Shown: positions 1-8,863 of the stretch, piece after piece
How the letters are laid out: the number at the start of each line of letters is the position of its first letter
Numbering within the stretch: the first letter of the stretch is position 1
IMG/VR virus record: IMGVR_UViG_3300026549_000042
Span: 53,745-117,744 of that record
Length of the DNA stretch: 64,000 nt
Source: a virus
Taxonomy: Duplodnaviria; Heunggongvirae; Uroviricota; Caudoviricetes
Direction: 5' to 3' (one strand)
The notes under the pieces: generated by a model
The model's input: the letters and a program-made list of their open reading frames with translations, nothing else
Database searches by the model: none
What the model was told of the DNA's origin: nothing
Program-made: the position numbers and the translations under genes

Positions 1-702
1 AATCTTCATAAGGATTTTGTTAAGTTTGAAAAGATTTATAATTGGCTTTATAAATATCAATTTATCTCAAGAATTAGTTTCATTGAAAATAGAATTGAAA
101 ATATTTTAGAAGAACTTTGCAAGTTTGGAGATCAAACTAAAGGATATCATAATCCTATGTGTGATACGGAACTTTACAACTACAAAGCTGAATTGTTAGA
201 TGATATTAATAAATCATCTTGGGGTAAAGAATATTTTGAGAATGGTATTTTAAAGAAGAATATTATTGATGGATATGATGCTGGTTGGCTTTCTCCAGAT
301 GGTGATTTTTACGGAGCTTTTGGCGAAACAAGCTCAATGATTCATTTACATCTTGCAGAACAATTATTCAATAAGAAGTTAAATGATGAAATGACAAAAG
401 ATGGAGTAAGCATTTGGAATTCAAATTCTCCGGAACAATGGCTTAATACAAATGGCTGGATTAAGATTCACCATAATGAAGTATATGGTAGTTTTATTGG
501 TGATAAGAATCCAACAAAAGATTTTCCATACAAGTATGCTCCAACAGATGTACAGGTTAAAGCAATCTGTTCATATATTGATTTGAATTGGCACGGAAAA
601 CTATATACACAGCCACAAATTGTTAGGCATACTGAACCTATTTCAACCTATAAACTTCGTCAAATGGATGAAATTCAACTTCATGAATTATTTAAATTAT
701 AA
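1..702 (+). CDS. hypothetical protein, 5'-partial (reading frame open from window edge; the ATG at 157 is the first in-window Met)
   Basis: Frame of ORF 157..702 has no stop back to nt 1; likely a gene truncated by the window start. Confidence 0.5.
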   Translation, partial: NLHKDFVKFEKIYNWLYKYQFISRISFIENRIENILEELCKFGDQTKGYHNPMCDTELYNYKAELLDDINKSSWGKEYFENGILKKNIIDGYDAGWLSPDGDFYGAFGETSSMIHLHLAEQLFNKKLNDEMTKDGVSIWNSNSPEQWLNTNGWIKIHHNEVYGSFIGDKNPTKDFPYKYAPTDVQVKAICSYIDLNWHGKLYTQPQIVRHTEPISTYKLRQMDEIQLHELFKL

Positions 703-707
703 CAACT

Positions 708-1121
708 ATGAATAATATGATCAATAGAGATTTAAAAATAGAATTTAGAGCAGTACCATACTCATCTTCACATGTTTTGGAATATAGATTTTCTCCAGAT
801 CAAGATTTGCACTATTATAAAGAACATAAATGGTTATGGGGATTGATTAAATTTAGAACACCACATAAGTATAGTACATCTTGGAAACAACCTGTAAGAT
901 TCCGTAATGCTATAAGTTCATATCGTTATCCTGAAAATGACTTGTGGAATACTGATTTTCCAATATTTATTCATTCAGAAGATGAATTAAATAAGTTTAA
1001 ACAAAAATTTAAGACATACGGAGAATTCTTAGATTGGTATTGGGAAGAAGATGCAAAAGAACGACAAGAATATAGAGAAGCCAGAGCAGAATACTTAAAG
1101 AAAAAACAAATTTGGTATTAA
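708..1121 (+). CDS. hypothetical protein
   Basis: 137-aa ORF tightly packed after the preceding gene; no recognisable motif. Confidence 0.5.
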   Translation: MNNMINRDLKIEFRAVPYSSSHVLEYRFSPDQDLHYYKEHKWLWGLIKFRTPHKYSTSWKQPVRFRNAISSYRYPENDLWNTDFPIFIHSEDELNKFKQKFKTYGEFLDWYWEEDAKERQEYREARAEYLKKKQIWY

Positions 1122-1188
1122 TGAATTAAAAAAAATTAAATTATTTAAGTTTTTATACTATATTTGATTAACATAAAAAATAAAGAAT

Positions 1189-1413
1189 ATGAAAGGTATT
1201 ACAAAGAAAGTTATTGAACAGGATTACAAGACTATACATGATATGGTTTTGAAATACAAAGAAGCTATTTATGAAAATCAAGATGGACAGCCAGCACATT
1301 TCGACAATCAATCTAAACTATGTAGATTGCTAATAGGGGATATTAGATGCGGTTTGACTGTTGTAGAAAATGCATTTAATGTTCTTAATGATATTGACAT
1401 AATTGAAGACTAA
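1189..1413 (+). CDS. hypothetical protein
   Basis: 74-aa ORF in a same-strand operon-like array. Confidence 0.4.
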   Translation: MKGITKKVIEQDYKTIHDMVLKYKEAIYENQDGQPAHFDNQSKLCRLLIGDIRCGLTVVENAFNVLNDIDIIED

Positions 1414-1416
1414 ATA

Positions 1417-1815
1417 TTGTTAATACATAAACTTATAGAAAAAATGGATAATCATTATAATAATCATTATAATTTTGGAATAATTACAGACAATAATATT
1501 ATATTGTTTAATAATGGCATACATGAGTTTCGATGTTCAATGTCTGATGCATTAGAAGATGTATATGTAACTATTGAAAATGGTATTTTGGAAATAAAAG
1601 CAAAACGTGTTATTTATGATTTTTATAATGATGAGGGATATCGAATTTTTGAAGATCAATGGAAACATACACCACATCAAAATGAAATTCATGAAGGCAG
1701 AAAATTTCCTTGGACAAAGAAAAAAAGATTTGTATATGCTGGTTATGTAAGGACTTATGAAAAAGAACCAGTAGAATTAATAATGAGTAATTTTAAAATT
1801 GAAATATACGATTAA
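1417..1815 (+). CDS. hypothetical protein
   Basis: 132-aa ORF, 3-nt spacing from upstream gene. Confidence 0.5.
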   Translation: MLIHKLIEKMDNHYNNHYNFGIITDNNIILFNNGIHEFRCSMSDALEDVYVTIENGILEIKAKRVIYDFYNDEGYRIFEDQWKHTPHQNEIHEGRKFPWTKKKRFVYAGYVRTYEKEPVELIMSNFKIEIYD

Positions 1816-1830
1816 TTTATACGATTAATT

Positions 1831-2085
1831 ATGTGGCATTTTATTCTATCAGTATTATTTATATGTATTGGTTTCGTTATTATAACTCTAGAAACGGATA
1901 AATATTATAAACCTGAAAAGGCATTTATAAGTACAATGTGTATTTGCATAGGTACAATATGTATGGTAAACTTTATAGGACAAAAATATCCTAAACCTAT
2001 AGATGTATATAGAGGAAAAACAACTTTACAAATAACATACAAAGATAATATACCAATTGATACTGTAGTAGTTTTTAAAAAATGA
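1831..2085 (+). CDS. small membrane protein (two hydrophobic helices)
   Basis: Hydrophobic segments LSVLFICIGFVIITL and ICIGTICMVNFIG; the stop overlaps the next gene's start (ATGA). Confidence 0.45.
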   Translation: MWHFILSVLFICIGFVIITLETDKYYKPEKAFISTMCICIGTICMVNFIGQKYPKPIDVYRGKTTLQITYKDNIPIDTVVVFKK

Positions 2086-2687
2086 TAAAACATAATGTAA
2101 TATATCAAGCTATGAATACTGAACAAAAGGCAAAAGCCTATGACGAGGCTATTAAAAGAGCAAAGTACTATCAGAAAGAGAATGGTTCTGCTGTAATCTC
2201 CGCAATCTTCCCTGAACTCAAAGAAGAATCCGAGGATGATAGGATAAGAAAAAACATCAAAATTGCTCTTATAAGCGTGGAAGAAGAACTAGCAGACTTT
2301 TATTCTACACACCATACGTCGCAAGAAGAATTTCTTGCTTGGCTTGAAAAGCAAAGTGAACAAAAGCCTGATGATTGGGGCGAAGAGGATAAAAAAGAAT
2401 TGGAAGTCATTATAGACGAATTGACAAAATATGTTATGTTTAATCAATATGGAACATCACTGTCAGTCTATGATATTTCATGGCTTGAAAAACTTCCATC
2501 AAGATTTATTACTCAGCAACAGCAAAAACAAGAATGGAGTGAAGAGGATAAAATAGATACAGAAATATTGAATGCTGCTATTTTGTTTGTCGTGAATAAT
2601 ACTGATGAATTTGCTTGTAATGGTGTAAGTAAAGAAGATGTTATTAACTGGCTAAAATCACTTAAACAAAAAATAAAAGAAAAATAA
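2082..2687 (+). CDS. hypothetical protein, paralog family member 1
   Basis: Shares N-terminal motifs (EQKAKAYDEA, FPELKE, AWLEKQ.EQK) with the adjacent ORF 2691..3659. Confidence 0.55.
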   Translation: MIKHNVIYQAMNTEQKAKAYDEAIKRAKYYQKENGSAVISAIFPELKEESEDDRIRKNIKIALISVEEELADFYSTHHTSQEEFLAWLEKQSEQKPDDWGEEDKKELEVIIDELTKYVMFNQYGTSLSVYDISWLEKLPSRFITQQQQKQEWSEEDKIDTEILNAAILFVVNNTDEFACNGVSKEDVINWLKSLKQKIKEK

Positions 2688-2690
2688 ATT

Positions 2691-3659
2691 ATGAAAACTA
2701 TAGAACAAAAAGCTAAAGCCTATGATGAGGCTTTGGAAAAAGCACGTCAACTATGTGGTTATCCTACGACTAAGCCGTTTATAAGCGACTTGCAAGACCT
2801 CTTCCCCGAACTTAAAGAGAGTGAGGATGAGAAGATAAGGAAAAGTCTTATTCATTTGGTACATTTATATGGAGGTGAGTTTGGAATGATTGATGCTAAT
2901 ACATCTGTAGAAAAGGCTATCGCTTGGCTTGAAAAACAAAATGAACAAAAGTCTACCGACACTTGTGATTCTTCAACTATAAATGGTAAAGAATTTCCAG
3001 CAAGTGAGAAACGAGATTTTAGGTATTTTATTAAGCCAAAGTTTCATGAAGGTGATTGGGTTGTGGATAATAAGTCCGGAATTACACAACAAGTTCTTGA
3101 TTTTAGAGGTGGAATATATACTTGTACATATAATAGTTTTACCATAGATTGTGAAAGTAATTATCACCTTTGGACAATTAAAGATGCAAAGAATGGTGAT
3201 GTACTTCAGCTTGGCACTGTAACTGCAATATTTAAAAAGTATATTGGTCAAGAAAAATGTATATGTTATTGTTCTATTGATGAGGATGGAGTTTTTGAAA
3301 TTCCAATTGAAGATGGAGAAGATAACATCTATGGTTGTACAAATACTACCCCAGCAACAAAAGAACAGCGTGCCCTATTGTTTGCAAAAATGGAAGAAGC
3401 AGGATATGAATTTGACTTTGAGAAGAAAGAGGTAAAGAAAATTCATGTTATAGATGAAGGCAAAGCTGAAATGGACTATTGTTTCACTAAGATGATGAAC
3501 GGAGAAAAGGTAAGTCCTGCATGGAGTGAAAAGGACAAAGAAAGATTCAAACGTATTGCTTCCTTTATGTGGCAAAATAGGAAAGGAGATACTGATGAGA
3601 TTTTTCAGCAAGAACAAGATGTAAAATGGTTAAATTCGCTTATATGTGAAAATAGTTAA
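2691..3659 (+). CDS. hypothetical protein, paralog family member 2 with extra C-terminal domain
   Basis: N-terminal 100 aa paralogous to 2082..2687; unique C-terminal extension of about 220 aa. Confidence 0.55.
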   Translation: MKTIEQKAKAYDEALEKARQLCGYPTTKPFISDLQDLFPELKESEDEKIRKSLIHLVHLYGGEFGMIDANTSVEKAIAWLEKQNEQKSTDTCDSSTINGKEFPASEKRDFRYFIKPKFHEGDWVVDNKSGITQQVLDFRGGIYTCTYNSFTIDCESNYHLWTIKDAKNGDVLQLGTVTAIFKKYIGQEKCICYCSIDEDGVFEIPIEDGEDNIYGCTNTTPATKEQRALLFAKMEEAGYEFDFEKKEVKKIHVIDEGKAEMDYCFTKMMNGEKVSPAWSEKDKERFKRIASFMWQNRKGDTDEIFQQEQDVKWLNSLICENS

Positions 3660-3724
3660 AAATCATTTAAATATTTTTCAATCTATAATCTATTTTAATT
3701 TATAAAAATATAATAAGTAAATAA

Positions 3725-4378
3725 ATGAAAAAACTTTTATTTTTAGTTATGTTATCCGTATTTATGATTGGTATGAATTCATGTAACCGTTGTAATAAGG
3801 ATAAAGAAAATGATAATGCTCAAGAACAAGTTGATTCAACAGATACAGCAAAGTTAGATTTTGCTCGTCTTGTTGCAGCAGATCGTCAAGAAATGTTTGT
3901 TATCGCAGGTGATGATTACCGTTGGTATGAAACATGTATGAGACTTAACAATTATCTTGATGAAGAAAATGATGGTACTTTAGCAGAACTTGTTAATGTA
4001 TTTCAAGCAGTTGTTGCTCGCAGTGAAAGTAGTTTTGATACTAAAGTTTACAAGTTCCAACATTTTAGTGACGGTACTAATCTTAAAGATTCTATTGCTG
4101 GATTCTGGGTTGAAGATGAACCTATGAATGATGATGCAATTCAACTTACATATGAACAAGCGTATGAAAAGTTAATGGAAACAAATATTCCTAAGCCACA
4201 TTCACGTTATGTAACATTACGGAAACAAGTTGGACCTAAAGAAGCAAATCCTCAATACATTTTTGGTAATGTACGGGAGCAGGTTTATGTAGATGCAGTT
4301 ACTGGTGAAGTACTTAATTATAATCCTGCATTTGGACCTGATTTGAATCTTGGTACTCCTCTTGGTGAGTGGCCCTAA
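3725..4378 (+). CDS. lipoprotein, hypothetical
   Basis: Signal peptide MKKLLFLVMLSVFMIGMNSC with lipobox Cys; locally higher GC. Confidence 0.6.
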   Translation: MKKLLFLVMLSVFMIGMNSCNRCNKDKENDNAQEQVDSTDTAKLDFARLVAADRQEMFVIAGDDYRWYETCMRLNNYLDEENDGTLAELVNVFQAVVARSESSFDTKVYKFQHFSDGTNLKDSIAGFWVEDEPMNDDAIQLTYEQAYEKLMETNIPKPHSRYVTLRKQVGPKEANPQYIFGNVREQVYVDAVTGEVLNYNPAFGPDLNLGTPLGEWP

Positions 4379-4394
4379 ATAGTAGATGTGAGAA

Positions 4395-4656
4395 TAGGCC
4401 TCTGAGTATGTATAAGGGTAATTCTTTAAGAAATAGCTCGAGTAAAGTTAAAGAAGTAGATTGGAACTGAAAGAGTTTCCTCAGCCTTATGAAAAGAGTT
4501 GGTTGGATTAAATTCCAAAATGTGAAGAGCAGCAGATTCCGTAAGGAGCCATACGGTGGAACACAACAAAAGTCGTAAAACAGCGCAAGTGCCTAATAGC
4601 GGGTTGCCAAATTTGGTTGCAAAAGTCTGTACCTCGCAAATCTTCTCACCATAACA
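4395..4656 (+). ncRNA. candidate structured non-coding RNA (unclassified)
   Basis: GC-rich segment in an AT-rich genome, no convincing ORF, several local stems (ccgtaaggagccatacgg; palindrome ccaaatttgg), followed directly by a strong terminator. Confidence 0.2.
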
Positions 4657-4690
4657 TGCAGTTACTTTAAGTAACTGCATTTTTTTGTTT
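4657..4690 (+). terminator. rho-independent terminator
   Basis: gcagttac-ttta-gtaactgc hairpin followed by tttttttg. Confidence 0.6.
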
Positions 4691-4758
4691 AAATTACTTA
4701 AATATCTAAGTGAAAATTTCTATATTATATTTGTAAAACTTAAAAAAATAAAAATATT

Positions 4759-5007
4759 ATGTTAGTTAAAGTTTCATACGATTCCAGAAGAAAATGCAGA
4801 GAAACGTTTCCTATTAAAAGAATTGGGAAACTTATTAATAGTGCAGTTTCTCTTCTTGAATTAGTACCCGTAGAGCAAGTTATTTCTGAATGTATTTATG
4901 ATCCAAATAACAAGGAGTTGTACAATATTCTTCTTTATTTGATTAGAGAAAACTGTACTGATGAAAAGATAATTAAAGAACTTGAAAAATTTGAATATTA
5001 TAAATAA
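4759..5007 (+). CDS. hypothetical protein
   Basis: 82-aa ORF. Confidence 0.4.
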   Translation: MLVKVSYDSRRKCRETFPIKRIGKLINSAVSLLELVPVEQVISECIYDPNNKELYNILLYLIRENCTDEKIIKELEKFEYYK

Positions 5008-5016
5008 CTTATTTAA

Positions 5017-5181
5017 ATGACTAAAGAAGAAATTATAAAGAAGTTTCCATTTATGTTAGATGGACATTGGTATGGTGAAATGGGGGTTTGTACAATATGT
5101 TCTTATTTTGAAACTTGTGATAAGATGCTTCCGGGATTTATTCATACTAGAAAATGCGGTGGACCATTTATAAATAATTGA
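5017..5181 (+). CDS. small Cys-rich protein (CxxC...C...C), not in the supplied ORF track (<60 aa)
   Basis: 54-aa ORF MTKEEIIKKF...CTICSYFETCDKM...RKCGG; followed by a palindromic hairpin. Confidence 0.3.
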   Translation: MTKEEIIKKFPFMLDGHWYGEMGVCTICSYFETCDKMLPGFIHTRKCGGPFINN

Positions 5182-5200
5182 TAATATTAAATATTTAATG

Positions 5201-5232
5201 AAGGGATCACTTAAGTGATCCCTTATTTCGTT
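5201..5232 (+). terminator. palindromic hairpin / weak terminator
   Basis: aagggatcacttaagtgatccctt perfect palindrome with CTTAAG core, then a T-rich tail. Confidence 0.4.
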
Positions 5233-5418
5233 GAAAAGAGTTATTTAATGTTACTATATTTTAATTATATATATACTAAAAATTTTAATGAAAAATTTTG
5301 ATTGGCAAGAAAGTAACATGTGTAAGTTTAATGGGTGCATCTATTATGATTTTGAAAATAATAAATGCTCATTGACTATATGTAAGATGCTAAACAAAAA
5401 ATAATATTAAGTATATGT

Positions 5419-5467
5419 TATGAATTTATGAATTATTATGAATTATTATGAATTATTATGAATTATG
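5419..5467. repeat. 10-bp tandem repeat (atgaattatt x about 4.5) spanning the start codon of the downstream gene
   Basis: tgaatttatgaattattatgaattattatgaattattatgaattatg read directly from the sequence. Confidence 0.8.
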
Positions 5468-6276
5468 TAAATAGTTTATCAATATATGGGTTTATGAATA
5501 AGAATTGTCAAAAGATTGATAATTCATTGTCATTTTGGAAAACCAAGTCACATTCACAATTAGTTTCATGTATAGAACCTCTTGATGTTATTCCTGAAAA
5601 TGTTCAAAAATTATCTTATATGTATTTAGACAAAGACCCAGGAATTAAAGGTACATATATGACAGAACAAATTACTTCAATAATTGACAATACATTTTTG
5701 AAAGATAATTTGACAAGAAAGAATCATAAAGAGATTTTTGAGACATACAGGAAATATCAATCAAGAATAACAGTTCATGAAGACTTAGACTATATACAAA
5801 GGCATTATGATGATATTATTGAAATGATTGAAGAATGGAGATATGCAGACTATGGTGGAATGAAATATATGTGGCAAGAAAGAGCTGGTGTTGATAAAGC
5901 ATTTTTTAAAAAATACTTAGAAGACATATTTTTACAACATCAAATATCAGTATATATATTTACTCATAATGAACTTGACAATAAGATAATAGGATATTCG
6001 GTTATGCCAAATATTTATTCTATCAACAATCATCATGTTCCTGAAGTATCATATATGCTTCGTAAATGTTTGTTAAAGAATGATAAAGTAAATTTGCGAA
6101 ATATAACTGAATATATTGATTGGATTACTTTCTGTAATACAATGAAAAACCTAAACATAGATATTTTGGCAGTAAATTGGGGATGTTCTGATAAAGGTGT
6201 AAAATGGTATAAAGAACATAAATGGCCATTGTTATATAAAGAAAATAAATACTTTGTAAACATTAAACTATCATGA
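5458..6276 (+). CDS. hypothetical protein
   Basis: 272-aa ORF; its start lies inside the tandem repeat and only the last ATG is in the long frame. Confidence 0.5.
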   Translation: MNYVNSLSIYGFMNKNCQKIDNSLSFWKTKSHSQLVSCIEPLDVIPENVQKLSYMYLDKDPGIKGTYMTEQITSIIDNTFLKDNLTRKNHKEIFETYRKYQSRITVHEDLDYIQRHYDDIIEMIEEWRYADYGGMKYMWQERAGVDKAFFKKYLEDIFLQHQISVYIFTHNELDNKIIGYSVMPNIYSINNHHVPEVSYMLRKCLLKNDKVNLRNITEYIDWITFCNTMKNLNIDILAVNWGCSDKGVKWYKEHKWPLLYKENKYFVNIKLS

Positions 6277-7463
6277 TACAATTAGAAATTCCATATACAT
6301 ATGAAAACTCTTCAAATCCTTGGTTGATGGATAAAATGGATGATAGCGATGTACTAGAATTTAACGGTCATAAATATACTGCTGAATACTTATGGACGTT
6401 AGATATTGAAGGTCGCAAGAAAGCCTTACAGAATGTGTTTCTCTATTATAGGGATCACGGTTTTCCATATCCTAATATATTTTATAAAGACATAGAAAAG
6501 GAATTTGAGAAGCTCATTCGGTATAATGTAAATAATGTAATAAATAAAGATGGATATATATCTAATTCAAGTAATATTTGTTTAAATTTATGTAAGTATT
6601 TTTGTAAAGATTATTTCTATAAAGCATCGGATGGTAATATGTCTGTTGAAGATGTATTTTATAATGATGAACTATTTATAAAAGTATTGAAAAACAGAAT
6701 GGGATGGAATACAACTAAAGAAGGTGGTATAGAACGCCCATATTTATTTCCTATATCTGATAAACAAATATTAAATGGAATACGTAATTCAGGATTAGGG
6801 TATGGTGTTTCAAACTTTAGACCAGTAGTTGCTAAATATATGTATGATCATGCTTTAGATTTAATCTTTGATTTATATGATTTTGATATAATTGATCCAT
6901 ATATATTTGACTATTCTGGTGGATGGGGTGCTAGAATGATGGGTGCTTTGTCTATATCAAATTGCCATTATGATTGTACAGATCCATTGACACATGAATG
7001 CTTGAAAGATATTGAAAAAACATTGTTGCACCATAATCAAGAAGTAAATGTATATGATAAATGTTCGGAAGACAACTTCTTTATGAATGAACAATTTAAG
7101 GAAAAATATAATATAATTGGTTCATGTCCTCCATATTATGATCAAGAAATCTATTCAAAAGATGATACACAAAGTACATCTTCAAATGACAATTATGTGG
7201 ATTGGCTTAATAACTATTGGAAAGATACTATAAAAAATTGTCATTATATGTTAGACAAAACAGGCATATTCATATTAGTCATTAAAGAAAAACATGTAAA
7301 ATATGAATTAATGAAAGATATGAATGACGTTATAGTAAAAGAAGGATTTGAATTGGTGGATGATAAACAATATAAATCAAATACTAATCATCTAAGCGGT
7401 AAAGCAAAAACAGGTAGAACATCTAAAAATAATGAACATATATTGTTTTATAAGAAGCTTTAG
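6273..7463 (+). CDS. hypothetical protein with methyltransferase-like motifs (possible gamma-class amino-methyltransferase fold)
   Basis: Motif I-like DPYIFDYSGGWGARMMGA and motif IV-like SCPPYY about 75 aa later; start overlaps the upstream stop (ATGA). Confidence 0.45.
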   Translation: MIQLEIPYTYENSSNPWLMDKMDDSDVLEFNGHKYTAEYLWTLDIEGRKKALQNVFLYYRDHGFPYPNIFYKDIEKEFEKLIRYNVNNVINKDGYISNSSNICLNLCKYFCKDYFYKASDGNMSVEDVFYNDELFIKVLKNRMGWNTTKEGGIERPYLFPISDKQILNGIRNSGLGYGVSNFRPVVAKYMYDHALDLIFDLYDFDIIDPYIFDYSGGWGARMMGALSISNCHYDCTDPLTHECLKDIEKTLLHHNQEVNVYDKCSEDNFFMNEQFKEKYNIIGSCPPYYDQEIYSKDDTQSTSSNDNYVDWLNNYWKDTIKNCHYMLDKTGIFILVIKEKHVKYELMKDMNDVIVKEGFELVDDKQYKSNTNHLSGKAKTGRTSKNNEHILFYKKL

Positions 7464-8764
7464 CTAATTATTTCATAAATCCATTCTTTTAATTCATTTA
7501 TATTCCAAAATTCTAAGTAGTTTAAATTATTTTGTTTAGCTATATTTCTCTTATTTACATCACGTATAGTCCAACAATTTATAGCATTATTGTAGAATTT
7601 GGTATTTTTACTTTTCCAATGTTCTAATATTAAATTATCTTCTTCTGTTCCTTCATAAGGTTTTCCGCCATGTGTCCAATGATAGTTACATTCAATATAT
7701 GTATCTAAACTTGGAATATAAAAGTCACAAGCAAAAGGATATACATTAGATTTATATTGATAGAGTGCATCAGGATATTTTTCTTTTAATAACTTATATG
7801 ATTCTTCTTCAGGTTTTGATGTATTAAATGTATGATTTTTGCGTTTTGTATCTAATACCTTTTGTATACATTCTTCTGAAAAACGTTTTTGTTTAGATAT
7901 TTCAGATTTTAAATAATTATCTACTCCATATTTTTTTATTAGTGTTTGTTTTCTTTTTTCATTAACTTCTGGTGTTTGAGCTGCTAATATACCCTTTTTA
8001 TGTATTTCTGGTATTTGATATGGATGAATATATCCTGTTCTTTCTTTTAATGTATTTTGTATTTTATTTTTTACTACATCTGAACATATAGGGGCTGGAC
8101 CACCATATTTTTTAATATTTGTTTGCTTTGTTTTTTCTTTAATATCTTCTCGTTGAGATGAATGTTCAACCCCATATTTATTTATATTATTTTGCTTAAC
8201 TAATGTTTTAAAATAATTTGTTTTAAACATTAAATCACCAAACTTTTCTATAATAGTATTGTTAGCCTTTTCTCTATTTGTAAAATTTTCATCTCCGTAT
8301 CTTTCTAATTTTGTTTGTTTTGTTTTTTCTTTAATATTATCATTTAATAATGGAGAAGTTGTTCCATATTTTTCTAAACATGTTTTCTTAACCTTTTCTT
8401 TAACTATACTTGAATTAACAGGATTTTCAACACCATATTTTTCTAAACATGTTTTCTTAACCTTTTCTTTAACATTCTTATCTAATGTTGAACATCTACA
8501 AGAACAATGAGATCTATATTTATTTTGTCCTAAATAAGTAACTTTATTACCACATACAGGACATACTGGACGAACTTCAATATTATAATATATTCTATAA
8601 ATTGTTTCAGTAAATGATTCAGAATCTTCAAATCTATTTATTAAATATTTTTCAATTTCTTCAGGATATTTATGTTTGTTTAATTTTGTAATATTATTTA
8701 TTTCAATTTTTTTATTTTGTTTTATAAATAATTTAATTATATCATTATCTGTTATATCTTTCAT
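7460..8764 (-). CDS. free-standing homing-endonuclease-like protein: Zn-ribbon, tandem K-x-LEKYG DNA-binding repeats, C-terminal nuclease-like domain
   Basis: CPVCGN...CSCRCS zinc ribbon; five or more repeats of KEKxKKTxLEKYG(V/T).NP; C-terminal CDFYIP...IECNYHWTHGG block; sits immediately downstream of nrdD. Confidence 0.55.
   Translation of the reverse strand: MKDITDNDIIKLFIKQNKKIEINNITKLNKHKYPEEIEKYLINRFEDSESFTETIYRIYYNIEVRPVCPVCGNKVTYLGQNKYRSHCSCRCSTLDKNVKEKVKKTCLEKYGVENPVNSSIVKEKVKKTCLEKYGTTSPLLNDNIKEKTKQTKLERYGDENFTNREKANNTIIEKFGDLMFKTNYFKTLVKQNNINKYGVEHSSQREDIKEKTKQTNIKKYGGPAPICSDVVKNKIQNTLKERTGYIHPYQIPEIHKKGILAAQTPEVNEKRKQTLIKKYGVDNYLKSEISKQKRFSEECIQKVLDTKRKNHTFNTSKPEEESYKLLKEKYPDALYQYKSNVYPFACDFYIPSLDTYIECNYHWTHGGKPYEGTEEDNLILEHWKSKNTKFYNNAINCWTIRDVNKRNIAKQNNLNYLEFWNINELKEWIYEIIS
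8375..8495. repeat. intragenic direct DNA repeats (about 45-60 bp units) encoding the LEKYG protein repeats
   Basis: ccatatttttctaaacatgttttcttaaccttttctttaac occurs twice almost identically. Confidence 0.7.
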
Positions 8765-8804
8765 TTATCTTTCCTATATTAAAATGTTTAATTAAAAATA
8801 ATAA

Positions 8805-8838
8805 AAAATTCCCGAATTACTTAAATAATTCGGGAACA
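8805..8838 (-). terminator. rho-independent terminator downstream of nrdD (minus strand)
   Basis: ttcccgaatta-cttaaa-taattcgggaa hairpin; an A-run on the plus strand gives a T-run for the minus transcript. Confidence 0.5.
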
Positions 8839-8863
8839 TATTTTAAATTATTTTTGAAATTTT

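Noticed and set aside
4426-4680. Minus-strand 84-aa ORF in the GC-rich segment
   Set aside because: It has odd composition and no start context, and it overlaps the hairpin of a plus-strand terminator. The region is better explained as non-coding or structured RNA.
8259-8510. Plus-strand 83-aa ORF with internal repeats
   Set aside because: It lies antisense inside the minus-strand endonuclease-like gene. Its internal repeats simply mirror the DNA repeats that encode the LEKYG protein repeats.
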